In this document: positions 40,312 through 49,837 of the stretch, in pieces | Numbering within the stretch: position 1 is the stretch's first letter | How the letters are laid out: every line of letters starts with the position of its first letter | NCBI GenBank assembly: GCA_021792955.1 | Contig: JAJYTP010000003.1 | Coordinates: 18,037-82,036, forward strand | Direction of reading: 5' to 3' | DNA: 64,000 bases | Source: an archaeon | GTDB taxonomy: Archaea > Thermoproteota > Nitrososphaeria > Conexivisphaerales > UBA164 | Translations under genes and position numbers: made by a program | Notes under the pieces: model-generated | Databases searched by the model: none | Told to the model about the DNA's origin: nothing | The model's input: the letters and a program-made list of their open reading frames with translations, nothing else

Positions 40312-41463
40312 ATGAGGGACAGCACGGAGGCCATTCATGGCCACGGATTTTTCGATGAATCAACTGGTACGTTTATACCACCCATTTTCATGTCAGCTAT
40401 GTTCGAACAGCCGGGGTGGACCAGGAGCACGGAACGCGGCGTTGACCTGAAGTATAGCAGGGAGGAGAACCCATCCGTCTCTTCTCTGGAAAGGATTATG
40501 ACAAAGCTGGAGGGGGCTGAGGACACGCTCGCCTTTTCCAGCGGAATGTCGGCCATCTCCAGCATATATATGTCCAAACTCAAAGCCGGCGCAGCCGCCG
40601 TTGTGATATCCGAAGCATATGCGACTTCTATCAAGCTACTGGAGGATTACAGGAAGTTCGGGGTAGACGTGAGGACGGTCTGGCCAAGCACAGAAGAAAT
40701 AATAGCATCAATCAAGAGGGATGTTGCATTTGTGCTCCTGGAGAGCATGACCAATCCATCCCTTAGGGTATTCAATATAGAAGAAATAGCAAAGGTGGCT
40801 CAAGAAGCTGGCACGGAGCTGATAGTTGATAACACCTTCCTGAGCCCGATCCTGTACAAGCCGCTAGCCCATGGTGCAAGGCTCGTCATAGAAAGCAGTA
40901 CCAAATACCTGAACGGCCATAATGACGCCATAGGCGGGATAGTCTCTGGCAAAAAGGATGAGATCAGAGGGCTCTGGGACTGGAGGCGAAAAATGGGCTC
41001 CATCATGTCACCGCTCACCGCTTACCTTACGAGCAGGGGGCTGAAGACGCTGGAGTTGAGGGTCAAGAGGGAATCCGATAGCGCGCTACGAATAGCCAGA
41101 TGGCTCTCAGAGAGCGGCATGGTAAAGGAGGTCATATATCCCGGGCTTGAAGATAACCCATATCATAAGCTGGCAAAGAAGCAGTTCACAGGATTTGGAG
41201 GGGTCCTTTGCTTTAGGGTCCGGGGTGGAGGAGCTGCTGCCAAGCTTTTGCTGAAGTCAATAAAGTTGATCAAGCCAGCGCCAAGCTTAGGTGGAACCGA
41301 GAGCCTGATAAGCTACCCAATCATTTCGGCCTCCTCCTCGCTGGATCAGGACAGCCGACAGAAGCTGGGGATAACCGACGACCTGCTCCGCCTTTCATTG
41401 GGGGTTGAAGATCCGGAGGACCTTATGGCGGACCTCAAGCAGGCACTGGGTAGGACCGGCTGA
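40312..41463 (+). CDS. Cystathionine gamma-synthase/lyase family PLP enzyme
   Basis: YSREENP, FSSGM, ESMTNP, VDNTF, SSTKYLNGH and SLGGTESL. Confidence 0.93.
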   Translation: MRDSTEAIHGHGFFDESTGTFIPPIFMSAMFEQPGWTRSTERGVDLKYSREENPSVSSLERIMTKLEGAEDTLAFSSGMSAISSIYMSKLKAGAAAVVISEAYATSIKLLEDYRKFGVDVRTVWPSTEEIIASIKRDVAFVLLESMTNPSLRVFNIEEIAKVAQEAGTELIVDNTFLSPILYKPLAHGARLVIESSTKYLNGHNDAIGGIVSGKKDEIRGLWDWRRKMGSIMSPLTAYLTSRGLKTLELRVKRESDSALRIARWLSESGMVKEVIYPGLEDNPYHKLAKKQFTGFGGVLCFRVRGGGAAAKLLLKSIKLIKPAPSLGGTESLISYPIISASSSLDQDSRQKLGITDDLLRLSLGVEDPEDLMADLKQALGRTG

Positions 41464-41689
41464 GCGCCACAGGACTTCCGAACTCCGCATTAAAACCATA
41501 TCATCCTATCTGACAGGACATCATCTTATGACCGAAGTGTACAAGCCTCTATGAGGCCATCCCCCTGTGGGTTCTCCAGCCAGCAGGGAACCTGTTTTGC
41601 GATTCAGCCATACGTTTATGGCGATGTTACATAACAGCGCCATCATTTCCCAAATAAGGGCAGTCGCTTTAATATTTCTTGTTCTATGG

Positions 41690-42127
41690 TCAGGAGCCCT
41701 TCAGGTAGCTGCCATCAATTGTCACCTGAAGCTGATAGCGTGTATCTAGCAGGCTTACAGTGGCCTCCTTCTTGTCCTTATCAAACCTTACTATCCGCGC
41801 TTTCATCCCCTTAAATGGGCCCGTTATGACCTCCACCACCTGCCCTTCGGCGAAGGACATTTCGACCTCCATGGGTTTGATTATGCTCTGAATATCGCTA
41901 ACCTTCATCAGCCCCGGAACGGTGGACCTGACGTTCTTGGTTCCGGTGGACAGGTCGGCGACTACATTTATCCTTTCGGCCTCTATAAGGAGGTATCCCT
42001 TCATTTTGCTTGCATATATTATGGAAAAGATAGGAAGTCCCTTTGTTTTTACCCTTTCAGCTATGCTTTCAGCTATGTTCTTCTCGTGCCCGCCGGCTAC
42101 CTTAAGAACGAATATCTTAGATGCCAT
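41690..42127 (-). CDS. spt5: Transcription elongation factor Spt5 (NusG homologue)
   Basis: NGN domain (GGHEKNIA, KGYLLIEA) plus KOW domain (GQVVEVITGPFKG). Start ATG 42127. Confidence 0.95.
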   Translation of the reverse strand: MASKIFVLKVAGGHEKNIAESIAERVKTKGLPIFSIIYASKMKGYLLIEAERINVVADLSTGTKNVRSTVPGLMKVSDIQSIIKPMEVEMSFAEGQVVEVITGPFKGMKARIVRFDKDKKEATVSLLDTRYQLQVTIDGSYLKGS

Positions 42128-42128
42128 A

Positions 42129-43091
42129 TCATGCTCCACCTAGTAGGGCTGCCACTAAATGGATAATAAACCCTATCCCGCCGGTCAGCGCTAATGCCAG
42201 GATGACCAGCTTAAGGTAGAGGTTATATTCCTTTTTTGTGGACTTCTTGCTATAAGAGAGGATAGTCATCATGCTCCTTCCCATTTCCTTAACGTTCTCT
42301 GTCCTCCGTATCATAAAGGCTGCGGTACCGCCTACGATCACGGCAACCAGCCCCAGACCGATGTATAATTCAATTGGGTTGCTGTATGCAAATGCGACGT
42401 CAACCGATGCGCCGGCCTGATCAACGGTTACTGAGCCCTTCGAAGGGGTTGGCACAAAATTCTTGTTTACCGATGATATAGTATAATTGTAGGCACCGTT
42501 AGCTTCATTTATGCTTATGGTGGCGTTGTCCGAATAGATGGTATTACCGTTGATGGTCACCGACCAGTTTCCACCGCTTACTAGCCCGGTCTCGCTAAAC
42601 ACTACGGCATATAATACAGGGGTAAATGTGATCGTCTCCTCTACTGGTGTGCCTGTTATGTTGATAGTACCAGATGATGGGGTCGCCGTATAACCTGGTA
42701 TGGAGAGGACGGTAAAGGCATAGGATCCGTTGGCCTCCTGTAATATCGTGCTATCGCTCGTTATGTTGATGATGTTCTCGTTGACGGTTATCTCCCAAGA
42801 AGTGTTAGGCGGTAGCCCAACTTCGGTAAAATTTACTGGGTAATTGGTTAATACGGTCGCAGCCGCAGCCAAATCGGCAGGCATCCCATTAGTCTGGGCA
42901 AGGGAAACGCCGCTAGGATTTCCGCTAAGGGTAAACGACCCCAGTAAGGGGTAAAGGCCTGCTTCAGCATGCTGCAGGCTGGGCCCGCCTGAGCTCTGTG
43001 CCATCATCTGTTGCCCGCCTGCAACGACGATGGCACTTAGCAGGATGAGCATTAGAAGCACTGTAAGCCTTTGGGTGTAATTCGGCTTCAT
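42129..43091 (-). CDS. secE: Fusion protein: signal peptide + two thermopsin-type extracellular beta-repeats + TM + C-terminal SecE/Sec61-gamma
   Basis: The last 61 aa (MIRRTEN..ILSYSKKSTKKEYNLYLKLVILALALTGGIGFII) follow the SecE amphipathic helix-hinge-TM pattern and sit in the secE position directly upstream of spt5. Upstream in the same frame are the repeats VNFTEVGLP..W and VVFSETGL..W. Confidence 0.8.
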   Translation of the reverse strand: MKPNYTQRLTVLLMLILLSAIVVAGGQQMMAQSSGGPSLQHAEAGLYPLLGSFTLSGNPSGVSLAQTNGMPADLAAAATVLTNYPVNFTEVGLPPNTSWEITVNENIINITSDSTILQEANGSYAFTVLSIPGYTATPSSGTINITGTPVEETITFTPVLYAVVFSETGLVSGGNWSVTINGNTIYSDNATISINEANGAYNYTISSVNKNFVPTPSKGSVTVDQAGASVDVAFAYSNPIELYIGLGLVAVIVGGTAAFMIRRTENVKEMGRSMMTILSYSKKSTKKEYNLYLKLVILALALTGGIGFIIHLVAALLGGA

Positions 43092-43276
43092 ACCACATCA
43101 CACATCCGATAAAGGTAGCGGTAACCCGTCGAGTAGCTGTTAACGTACAGGTTCCCTGTGCATACGGTAAATCTGCAGCCCAATATGGCACCGTTCATTT
43201 TATATCAGCTTATAAATATTCCGAGGAATAAATTTGCCCAATAGAATCTGGCCTTTTTCTCCCGTGCAATAGTGCT

Positions 43277-43966
43277 TCATCTCCCCTTTTCCTTTATCCG
43301 TAGTATACCATCGACTAACCCCTCTACTGCCTTTACCGGGTCAGTGCTCTTCATGACAGCCGATGCCATGGCCGCCCCATCGGCCCCCAACTCAATGGAC
43401 CTGTAGACGTCTTCGCCCGTGACTATACCGGCACCGGCTAGGAGGAACACCTTTCCACCTTGTCTGTTGGCATCCACGGCCCTGGTTATAACTTCGGGTT
43501 TTTCCCTGGATATTGCCCTTCCGGTGCCAATGAGTTCAGGCGGTTCGATCAGGAGCGCCGTTGGCTTGAGAAGCCCGACCGGAGCCACCAGTTCGTACCG
43601 GTCCACGCATACAACGCTTTCCAGCCCGGATTCCTTCATCATATTTATAGCATCCGAAAGTTCGGAGAGCTTCATACTTCTTTCGCTGTGGTTTAGGATT
43701 GATCCCTTGGCGCCGGCCTCCTTTATGAGCTCGGGGATTATGCTCCCCGTGGCAGCCCCGAGGGGCGACGCATCTACATGCTGAGCGAACACCGGTATCG
43801 ATATCTCGTCCGCCAGCCTGCTTATCATGGTCGCCGGCACGGAAATTATTATATCCACTGACCGCTCAAGGCTTATCCTCTCCAAGATGCGGGAGAACTC
43901 TATGGCTCCTTCTCCGTATGAATTTCTATACAGCTTAAAGTTTATCAAAAGTAATGGTGGCTTCAC
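43277..43966 (-). CDS. tpiA: Triosephosphate isomerase (archaeal type)
   Basis: INFK, AQHVD, LNHSER, EPPELIGTG and GAGI. Confidence 0.96.
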   Translation of the reverse strand: MKPPLLLINFKLYRNSYGEGAIEFSRILERISLERSVDIIISVPATMISRLADEISIPVFAQHVDASPLGAATGSIIPELIKEAGAKGSILNHSERSMKLSELSDAINMMKESGLESVVCVDRYELVAPVGLLKPTALLIEPPELIGTGRAISREKPEVITRAVDANRQGGKVFLLAGAGIVTGEDVYRSIELGADGAAMASAVMKSTDPVKAVEGLVDGILRIKEKGR

Positions 43967-44144
43967 GCTATAGTATAGCTTCTATTGAAAATATGCTTTT
44001 CTGTGACGGGCCATTCATCCTCTCTGCCGACGACCGGCCGTCCTGTGCAGTTCCATGTTATTTTAGAATTCTTATATTTCTGCATAAAAATTAGCGAATA
44101 TCTTATATATATACAAATTAGTTCCGTTAGTAAGGTAAATTATA

Positions 44145-44696
44145 ATGGAAGAAAAGGTAACATTAGAATCCAAGCCCATAGTAAGCAGGTGGGCCAACAG
44201 GTTCATATGGGCATCGATAATACAGGGATTATTCGCAGTGGCATGGACAATTCCCATAGTGCTCCCAAATATCAGCCCCTCGGTAGCGCAGGTTATAGCA
44301 AGCGGTAGTGCGGGGACATGGTTCCTAGTAGGATACACCATGTACATAGTTGTCGGCGTATTCGGCGCCGCGGTTACAGCCCTCTTCTATCACCACCTTG
44401 AGGTTGAAATGAAGAAGACCATCAAGGGATTCTCGAACGCGTTAGCCTGGGTTCATCTTGTGGTGATGAACGTGGGGGCGGCGGCAGTGACATGGGCACT
44501 CATGTTTGCAGGGTATTTCGGTGAGGCCGATCTTATGCCGGTGAGCGAAGGTGGGAAGGGGCTAAATGCTGGTCAGGTTCATGTGATACTATTGTCACAC
44601 TTCATTGATCCTGTTGGAGTGCTTCTAATCATAACAGCACTGGGCGTCCTAGCGGGTGGACTGGTTTTTGTATTGACGTACTTCCGTAAAGAATAA
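44145..44696 (+). CDS. His-containing 4-TM membrane protein
   Basis: Four TM segments; YHHLE, WVHL and GYFG. Confidence 0.8.
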   Translation: MEEKVTLESKPIVSRWANRFIWASIIQGLFAVAWTIPIVLPNISPSVAQVIASGSAGTWFLVGYTMYIVVGVFGAAVTALFYHHLEVEMKKTIKGFSNALAWVHLVVMNVGAAAVTWALMFAGYFGEADLMPVSEGGKGLNAGQVHVILLSHFIDPVGVLLIITALGVLAGGLVFVLTYFRKE

Positions 44697-44740
44697 ATCA
44701 TCCACCTCTTTTTTATCAATTATATGCCGGTGTTAAACGG

Positions 44741-45232
44741 TTGACCATATGGTATAGCCTCTTTAGAAACGCCGCTTATTCTTACCTTGGAGGGTTTATA
44801 ATCTGGACGGCCCTATTTATATTACCCTTAAGTCCCTTCACATACCTTCTCCCGATACTGGTGCGCGGGGGGCCAGGGATTTGGTTAATTCTGGGCTATA
44901 TGCTTAACCTTACAGTAGGCGTGATCGGTTCAGGAATGCTGTCATCACTTATATACACCATAGAAGTACATGAAAAACGCGTTATAAATGGAAAGCTCAT
45001 GATTTCCGGATTTACGCTTCTGAACGTGGGCATAATCTCAAGTTGCGTGCTTCTAGCTACGGCCGGTGCGCTTGGGGGGTACGCCATCGATATAGGCGGC
45101 GCATCCGAGCTGGCGGCACAGGGGCTTCTTACGGCGTATGTTTATCCCATCACTATAACCGTCATCACGGCCATAGTGGGGGCAGTCTTAACTCTATCAA
45201 CTATGATCGGTGCAAAGGCGCCTGTAGCTTGA
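44741..45232 (+). CDS. 4-TM membrane protein, paralogue of the upstream gene
   Basis: GGPGIWLILGYMLNLTVGVIG aligns by eye with GSAGTWFLVGYTMYIVVGVFG; YTIEVHEKR aligns with HHLEVEMKK; LNVG aligns with MNVG. Confidence 0.7.
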   Translation: MTIWYSLFRNAAYSYLGGFIIWTALFILPLSPFTYLLPILVRGGPGIWLILGYMLNLTVGVIGSGMLSSLIYTIEVHEKRVINGKLMISGFTLLNVGIISSCVLLATAGALGGYAIDIGGASELAAQGLLTAYVYPITITVITAIVGAVLTLSTMIGAKAPVA

Positions 45233-46209
45233 TCGGACTGGGAGGGGCATGGCGGAGGAGAAAGGTTTGGCTAATCGCCCTTTTGATGATCCTAATCGTA
45301 TATGCGGCTACTTCGCGGATATCCATAGGGAATGCGAAGTCGCCGGAGCGTCTGGCTCCGTCATCAGGGGCAAATTATTATAGCGGCGGCGCTTCCTGGG
45401 GCGCTGGGCTCGTAGTGCCTGAAGGCTCACGGACAGCAAATGGTGGCAGGGTTGACTGGGCCGATGTGCAAAACGTTTCGGCCCTCTTCCGGCTTCCGGA
45501 CATCAATGAGACCGACGGCACGATTTATATGATAATGTCCCTGATGACTTCAAACGGTTCAATTATCCAAGCTGCAGCAGGCCTGTATCAAAATTCGAGC
45601 TACTGGGGCACTTACGCCATGTACGTAGCCAATCCAGCAAGGCAGGTATACGCGCCGATAATTTCAACCGAAGCCCCCTACATGGTGCCTGGCGACATCA
45701 TATTCATGTCCATATATTTCCTCCCTGATAGCGGTTGGAACCTTCTTCTCCTGGATCTTACAAATGGACTATCGGCCAGTGCATCGTTTGGACCTGGGCT
45801 GCCAGCATCACTAAAGGTAGGGGACCAGTTCGTGTTCGCGCTGGAATCATATACTTCTACCCCTTCCGTATTTGAAAATATGGGCAATGTTACGCTTTAT
45901 GCGCTTCTGATCAATGGGGAGGCGGTTGTGAACGGCAGCTACCTCTACAGCGGGTGGAATAACCTCCGCTATCCGCTGTTCATAGTTGGAGGAGCCAGTG
46001 TGCCGAACTTCATGGCCATGAACCTGACTGCGTCCAGTGGGGTAGTCTGGAGCTACGGGAGCCAGTGGGGTTCCCCATCTTCAGGCCCACCCGCAGGGCT
46101 AGATCTAATTTTCTTGGCACTGGCCGCTGCCGCCGCAGTCAACGTGGTGATATTGGTTCTGCTCATATGGAGCAGGGGTAAGGCTAAAGAGAGGCTTAGC
46201 GTGCGATAA
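45229..46209 (+). CDS. Secreted, C-terminally anchored beta-rich protein; possible G1 (eqolisin-like) glutamic peptidase
   Basis: Basic plus hydrophobic N-terminus; SWGAG, IIQA and FALES motifs; many N-x-S/T sequons; C-terminal TM with basic tail. Start probably TTG 45229. Confidence 0.6.
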   Translation: MIGLGGAWRRRKVWLIALLMILIVYAATSRISIGNAKSPERLAPSSGANYYSGGASWGAGLVVPEGSRTANGGRVDWADVQNVSALFRLPDINETDGTIYMIMSLMTSNGSIIQAAAGLYQNSSYWGTYAMYVANPARQVYAPIISTEAPYMVPGDIIFMSIYFLPDSGWNLLLLDLTNGLSASASFGPGLPASLKVGDQFVFALESYTSTPSVFENMGNVTLYALLINGEAVVNGSYLYSGWNNLRYPLFIVGGASVPNFMAMNLTASSGVVWSYGSQWGSPSSGPPAGLDLIFLALAAAAAVNVVILVLLIWSRGKAKERLSVR

Positions 46210-46245
46210 GGATAAACAAATTAACCGCCTTTCCTGACCAGTGGC

Positions 46246-47415
46246 ATGTCAGTAAGGCGGGCCTACCTGATCAACGCCTTCGCCAATGTATACTTCGCAA
46301 TGATGCTATTCATCCTTGGCATATACGTCATTGCGCTGGGGGGCTCGTCCGTAGCTGTCGGAATCGCCTATGCAGTCTACAATTTGATGATCTTTATTTC
46401 TGGATTGCTGGCCGGCCCAATAATAGACCGTAATATGCTGAAGGCCATCATGTACATCGGGGTTGCAACAATGTTCTCAGGCCTGGTAGGCATGGCCATT
46501 GTCACCTCCATATCCGGCGTATATGTTTCAATAATCCTAATAGGGTTTGGCGCAGGCTTCATAGCCACAGGCCTTCTTGTTTTTGCTAGCCACGCAGGTG
46601 GGCAGGCGGACGCGAACGTTTATGGTAAGCTCATCTCCTATTCTGCCATCGGTTCGGCCATAGGCGGAGGGATAGGGTACCTTATCCTCATATTTGGCGA
46701 GCTCCTATCAAGAGAGCTATTAGGGGTGCGAATGATATTTCTGGCTTATGCGTTCCTTTCGATGATCCCCAATGTCTACCTGATTTGGCGGACCGATATG
46801 GCCTATTCGAAAAGGGAGGAAAAGGGACCTGCAGGAAGGCTGAACCTTAAAGCCATAGGCGGCGCGCTAATGGCTACATCGTTTCAGGCATTGGCCCAGG
46901 GGATAACGTACCCGATGATATTTCCGTTCCTAACTGAGAGATTCCACGCTTCCTTTCTAATCGTAGCTTTAGCTTATGCCCCTTCTGGAGCAGCCTGGCT
47001 GCTGTTCAGCAGGAGGGCAGGATCGCTTCTGAACCGCTATGGAATACACCGCAGGTTTGCCCTCGCTACTATAGTCAGCGCGGTTATAGTGATGATCATA
47101 CCGTTCTCAAACAGTCTGATACTTCTGAGCGCCCTCTGGGCTATTGAGGGGCTTGGGCTTGTCCTGTGGAATGTCGTCATAAATGCGCTCATATCAACGA
47201 TCACCCCGAAGGACGTCTGGGGCAAGTCATACGGCCTGGAGAACGCCACGTATTACCTGCCTTATGCGCTTGGCGCTGTAGTGGGCGGGGTCGTGTTCCT
47301 CTACTATGGCGTTGTAGCTGCATTCTACCTGGGAGCGCTGTTCTTTTTCCTGGCCCCTATTCCGTTCGTACTGAGTTACAATAGGAGGAAGAAGGCCCCT
47401 GCAGTCAATGCATAA
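46246..47415 (+). CDS. MFS transporter
   Basis: Twelve hydrophobic segments; motif-A-like AGPIIDR and GSLLNRYG. Confidence 0.88.
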   Translation: MSVRRAYLINAFANVYFAMMLFILGIYVIALGGSSVAVGIAYAVYNLMIFISGLLAGPIIDRNMLKAIMYIGVATMFSGLVGMAIVTSISGVYVSIILIGFGAGFIATGLLVFASHAGGQADANVYGKLISYSAIGSAIGGGIGYLILIFGELLSRELLGVRMIFLAYAFLSMIPNVYLIWRTDMAYSKREEKGPAGRLNLKAIGGALMATSFQALAQGITYPMIFPFLTERFHASFLIVALAYAPSGAAWLLFSRRAGSLLNRYGIHRRFALATIVSAVIVMIIPFSNSLILLSALWAIEGLGLVLWNVVINALISTITPKDVWGKSYGLENATYYLPYALGAVVGGVVFLYYGVVAAFYLGALFFFLAPIPFVLSYNRRKKAPAVNA

Positions 47416-47809
47416 AGTAAATATCCATAGCCTGGGTAAGCCGGAGCAGATGAGCTTCAGATTTAAGCAGGTTATAGTGGTCAGGACCGATATAGGGATG
47501 GGGAAAGGAAAGGTGGCGGCTCAGGCCGCCCACGCGTCCCTTGGGGCTGCGCTCAAGGTCATGAAAAATAAGAAGGAGTGGTTTGAATCATGGGAGGAGG
47601 AAGGACAGGCAAAGGTTGTCCTGAAAGTGACCGACCTGGATTCCCTGTTTGAACTGAAGGATCGCGCGCTCAAGGACGGGCTACCGGTTCAGGTTGTAGA
47701 GGACAGGGGGCTTACGCAGGTACCCGAGGGCACGGTGACGTGCATCGCTATTGGTCCTGCGCCTTCAGAAAGGATAGATATAATCACCGGGGGCCTTAAG
47801 CTTCTCTAG
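47408..47809 (+). CDS. pth2: Peptidyl-tRNA hydrolase Pth2
   Basis: KQVIVVRTDIGMGKGKVAAQAAHA, GQAKVVLK and DRGLTQV. True start may be the internal ATG (MSFRF). Confidence 0.95.
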   Translation: MHKVNIHSLGKPEQMSFRFKQVIVVRTDIGMGKGKVAAQAAHASLGAALKVMKNKKEWFESWEEEGQAKVVLKVTDLDSLFELKDRALKDGLPVQVVEDRGLTQVPEGTVTCIAIGPAPSERIDIITGGLKLL

Positions 47810-47817
47810 TTGGAAAC

Positions 47818-48828
47818 ATGGCGGCTTTTGAAGATTACGGCATCACTCAAAGAAGGATCAATTACAGGCTGACCAGCGGGATCATAAAGGAATATTATGA
47901 AGACTTTATCGTCTGTGAGATACTAAAGAAGGGGATCAAGTTCTCCGCCCACGGCCATCCGCTGTTAAGGATAAAAAAAAGGGGGGTCGGCCATGTTGAA
48001 CTGGTCAGGTCACTCCCTAATGCTAACCTATTCGGTATCAAGGACAAGATATCAATAGCGTATCAGTTCGCATCCATGAAATCTAGAAGGCCGCCTATAG
48101 ATTTTAGCAGAGATGGGCTTGAGGTCTCGACGGTGGGGTTTACGGCTGAGGCCCTAGGAAGGGGTCAGCTTCTGGGGAACGCCTTCGGGATAAGGATAAG
48201 GCAATGGAAGGGGGATGATGAAGCCGTTCGGGAATGGGAGAGGTTACTGTTGAAGGGTTTGATGCCGAATTACTTTGGTCCCCAGAGGTTTGGCGGCAAC
48301 AACATCAGGATAGGTATGGATATAGTAAGGAGGAACTTCAAAGCGGCCGAGGACAGCCTTAACGATGACGGTTACCGGAACATAAGGGATGTGCCGTTAT
48401 GGCTACGCCGGCTTCTAGTTCAATCATATCAATCTTACCTCTTTAACAGGAGCCTATCAAAGGTCGTTGATGAAGGTATTAAGGGAAAGGTCATCAATGT
48501 AGCCATGGATGAAGGTCCGTTCAAAGGATACATCAGCATGGCTCCACTGGTCGGTTACTCGTTCAGGGCCAAGGATGACATCTACTCAAAGGCCCTGGTT
48601 GCCGAGTTGGAAAAGGAAGGGCTCAGGGCCAGGGATTTCTATATAGATGAATACCCTGAACTGAGCGTGGAAGGGGGTTATAGGCCTGCAGCCATCATCT
48701 CGGCCAAAGCATACCATGTAACAGAGGAGGATTCCCTTTTGGTCGGCTTCCTTCTTCACAGGGGGAGCTATGCTACATCGGCGCTCCAGGAGCTACTTGA
48801 TCATCAGCGCACGCTGGAATCGCGTTGA
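47818..48828 (+). CDS. truD: tRNA pseudouridine(13) synthase TruD/Pus7 (compact form)
   Basis: EDFIVCE, GIKDK, GNAFGI, NYFGPQRFG, SYQSYLFN and GSYAT. Confidence 0.92.
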   Translation: MAAFEDYGITQRRINYRLTSGIIKEYYEDFIVCEILKKGIKFSAHGHPLLRIKKRGVGHVELVRSLPNANLFGIKDKISIAYQFASMKSRRPPIDFSRDGLEVSTVGFTAEALGRGQLLGNAFGIRIRQWKGDDEAVREWERLLLKGLMPNYFGPQRFGGNNIRIGMDIVRRNFKAAEDSLNDDGYRNIRDVPLWLRRLLVQSYQSYLFNRSLSKVVDEGIKGKVINVAMDEGPFKGYISMAPLVGYSFRAKDDIYSKALVAELEKEGLRARDFYIDEYPELSVEGGYRPAAIISAKAYHVTEEDSLLVGFLLHRGSYATSALQELLDHQRTLESR

Positions 48829-48841
48829 AACACGGCCTTTA

Positions 48842-49801
48842 TCAGCCCCTGGTCAGGGCGTACGATTTTATTCGGTCCTCTTCTAGGTCAAGGATCAACC
48901 CTCTTAATACCCCGCTTGCGCATTCGCTTCCTGGATTGAAGCATGTAGTTCGGCCAATCTTGACTACCCCCCTGGCTTCGTGTATGTGACCATGCAGGCC
49001 CACCAGAGGCTGGTATCGCTCTATGCTCTCCCTGACCGCTGTGCTACCGGCTGGTGCCATTACAACATTTCCACCGGTTATTACAGGTTTAAGGTCCTCA
49101 TCCAGCTTGGGTGCCTGGTCTATCAGTGAATTGATCGGCGGTGCATGAAAGTTAAAAATGGCGTTGCTCATGCCTTTAACCTGCTGTGCCAGCTTCTCTA
49201 TCATTTCTCCAAGCGCCTTTTCATCAAGCTCCCGGGGGGTGTGCCAGGGCGTGTAGTTGGCATAACCCACCGTTATCATTTCGTGGTGGCCGTCTATGTT
49301 AACCACCTTTCCTTCAGGGTTGACCACATAATCACTGGAGTTCAGGGTTTCATCTATTTCAAGAGGGTCATCATTTCCAGGCGATATATAACACTTGATT
49401 TCAGAACCTCCTAATCTTTCCTCCGCTAGCTTTATCCAATTACCGATGCTATCCTTGGCCAGCTTCTTGAATAGGGTTTCAATCATTTCTGGCTTTGCGG
49501 AAAGCTCCTCAACCTCCTTTTCATCCGTTATATATGGATAATAGCCGGAGTCCCTTATTGATTTCGACATACCCTCCACTTCTTCATGATTTTTCATGAT
49601 GTGCTCTTTTCCTGCATAAACGCATTTCCAGGTACTATCTGGCATCCTTAAAATTGGTATAGCAGTCTTACCGCTTATGTCGCCTCCGAGTATCAGGATG
49701 TCAGCGCTATAGAACGTGCCACCGTTTATGAACTTCCTGAAGCATCTATCGGACCCGTGTAAGTCAGATACGAAGAATATCCTCGTCTTCAAATGATTCA
49801 A
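48842..49801 (-). CDS. Calcineurin-like metallophosphoesterase
   Basis: SDLHGS, GGDISG, PGNDD, HAPP, LHGHIHE and NPGS. Confidence 0.92.
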   Translation of the reverse strand: MNHLKTRIFFVSDLHGSDRCFRKFINGGTFYSADILILGGDISGKTAIPILRMPDSTWKCVYAGKEHIMKNHEEVEGMSKSIRDSGYYPYITDEKEVEELSAKPEMIETLFKKLAKDSIGNWIKLAEERLGGSEIKCYISPGNDDPLEIDETLNSSDYVVNPEGKVVNIDGHHEMITVGYANYTPWHTPRELDEKALGEMIEKLAQQVKGMSNAIFNFHAPPINSLIDQAPKLDEDLKPVITGGNVVMAPAGSTAVRESIERYQPLVGLHGHIHEARGVVKIGRTTCFNPGSECASGVLRGLILDLEEDRIKSYALTRG

Positions 49802-49837
49802 GTCTGTATAAGTGCTTATTAAAGCGTTTATGATGTC

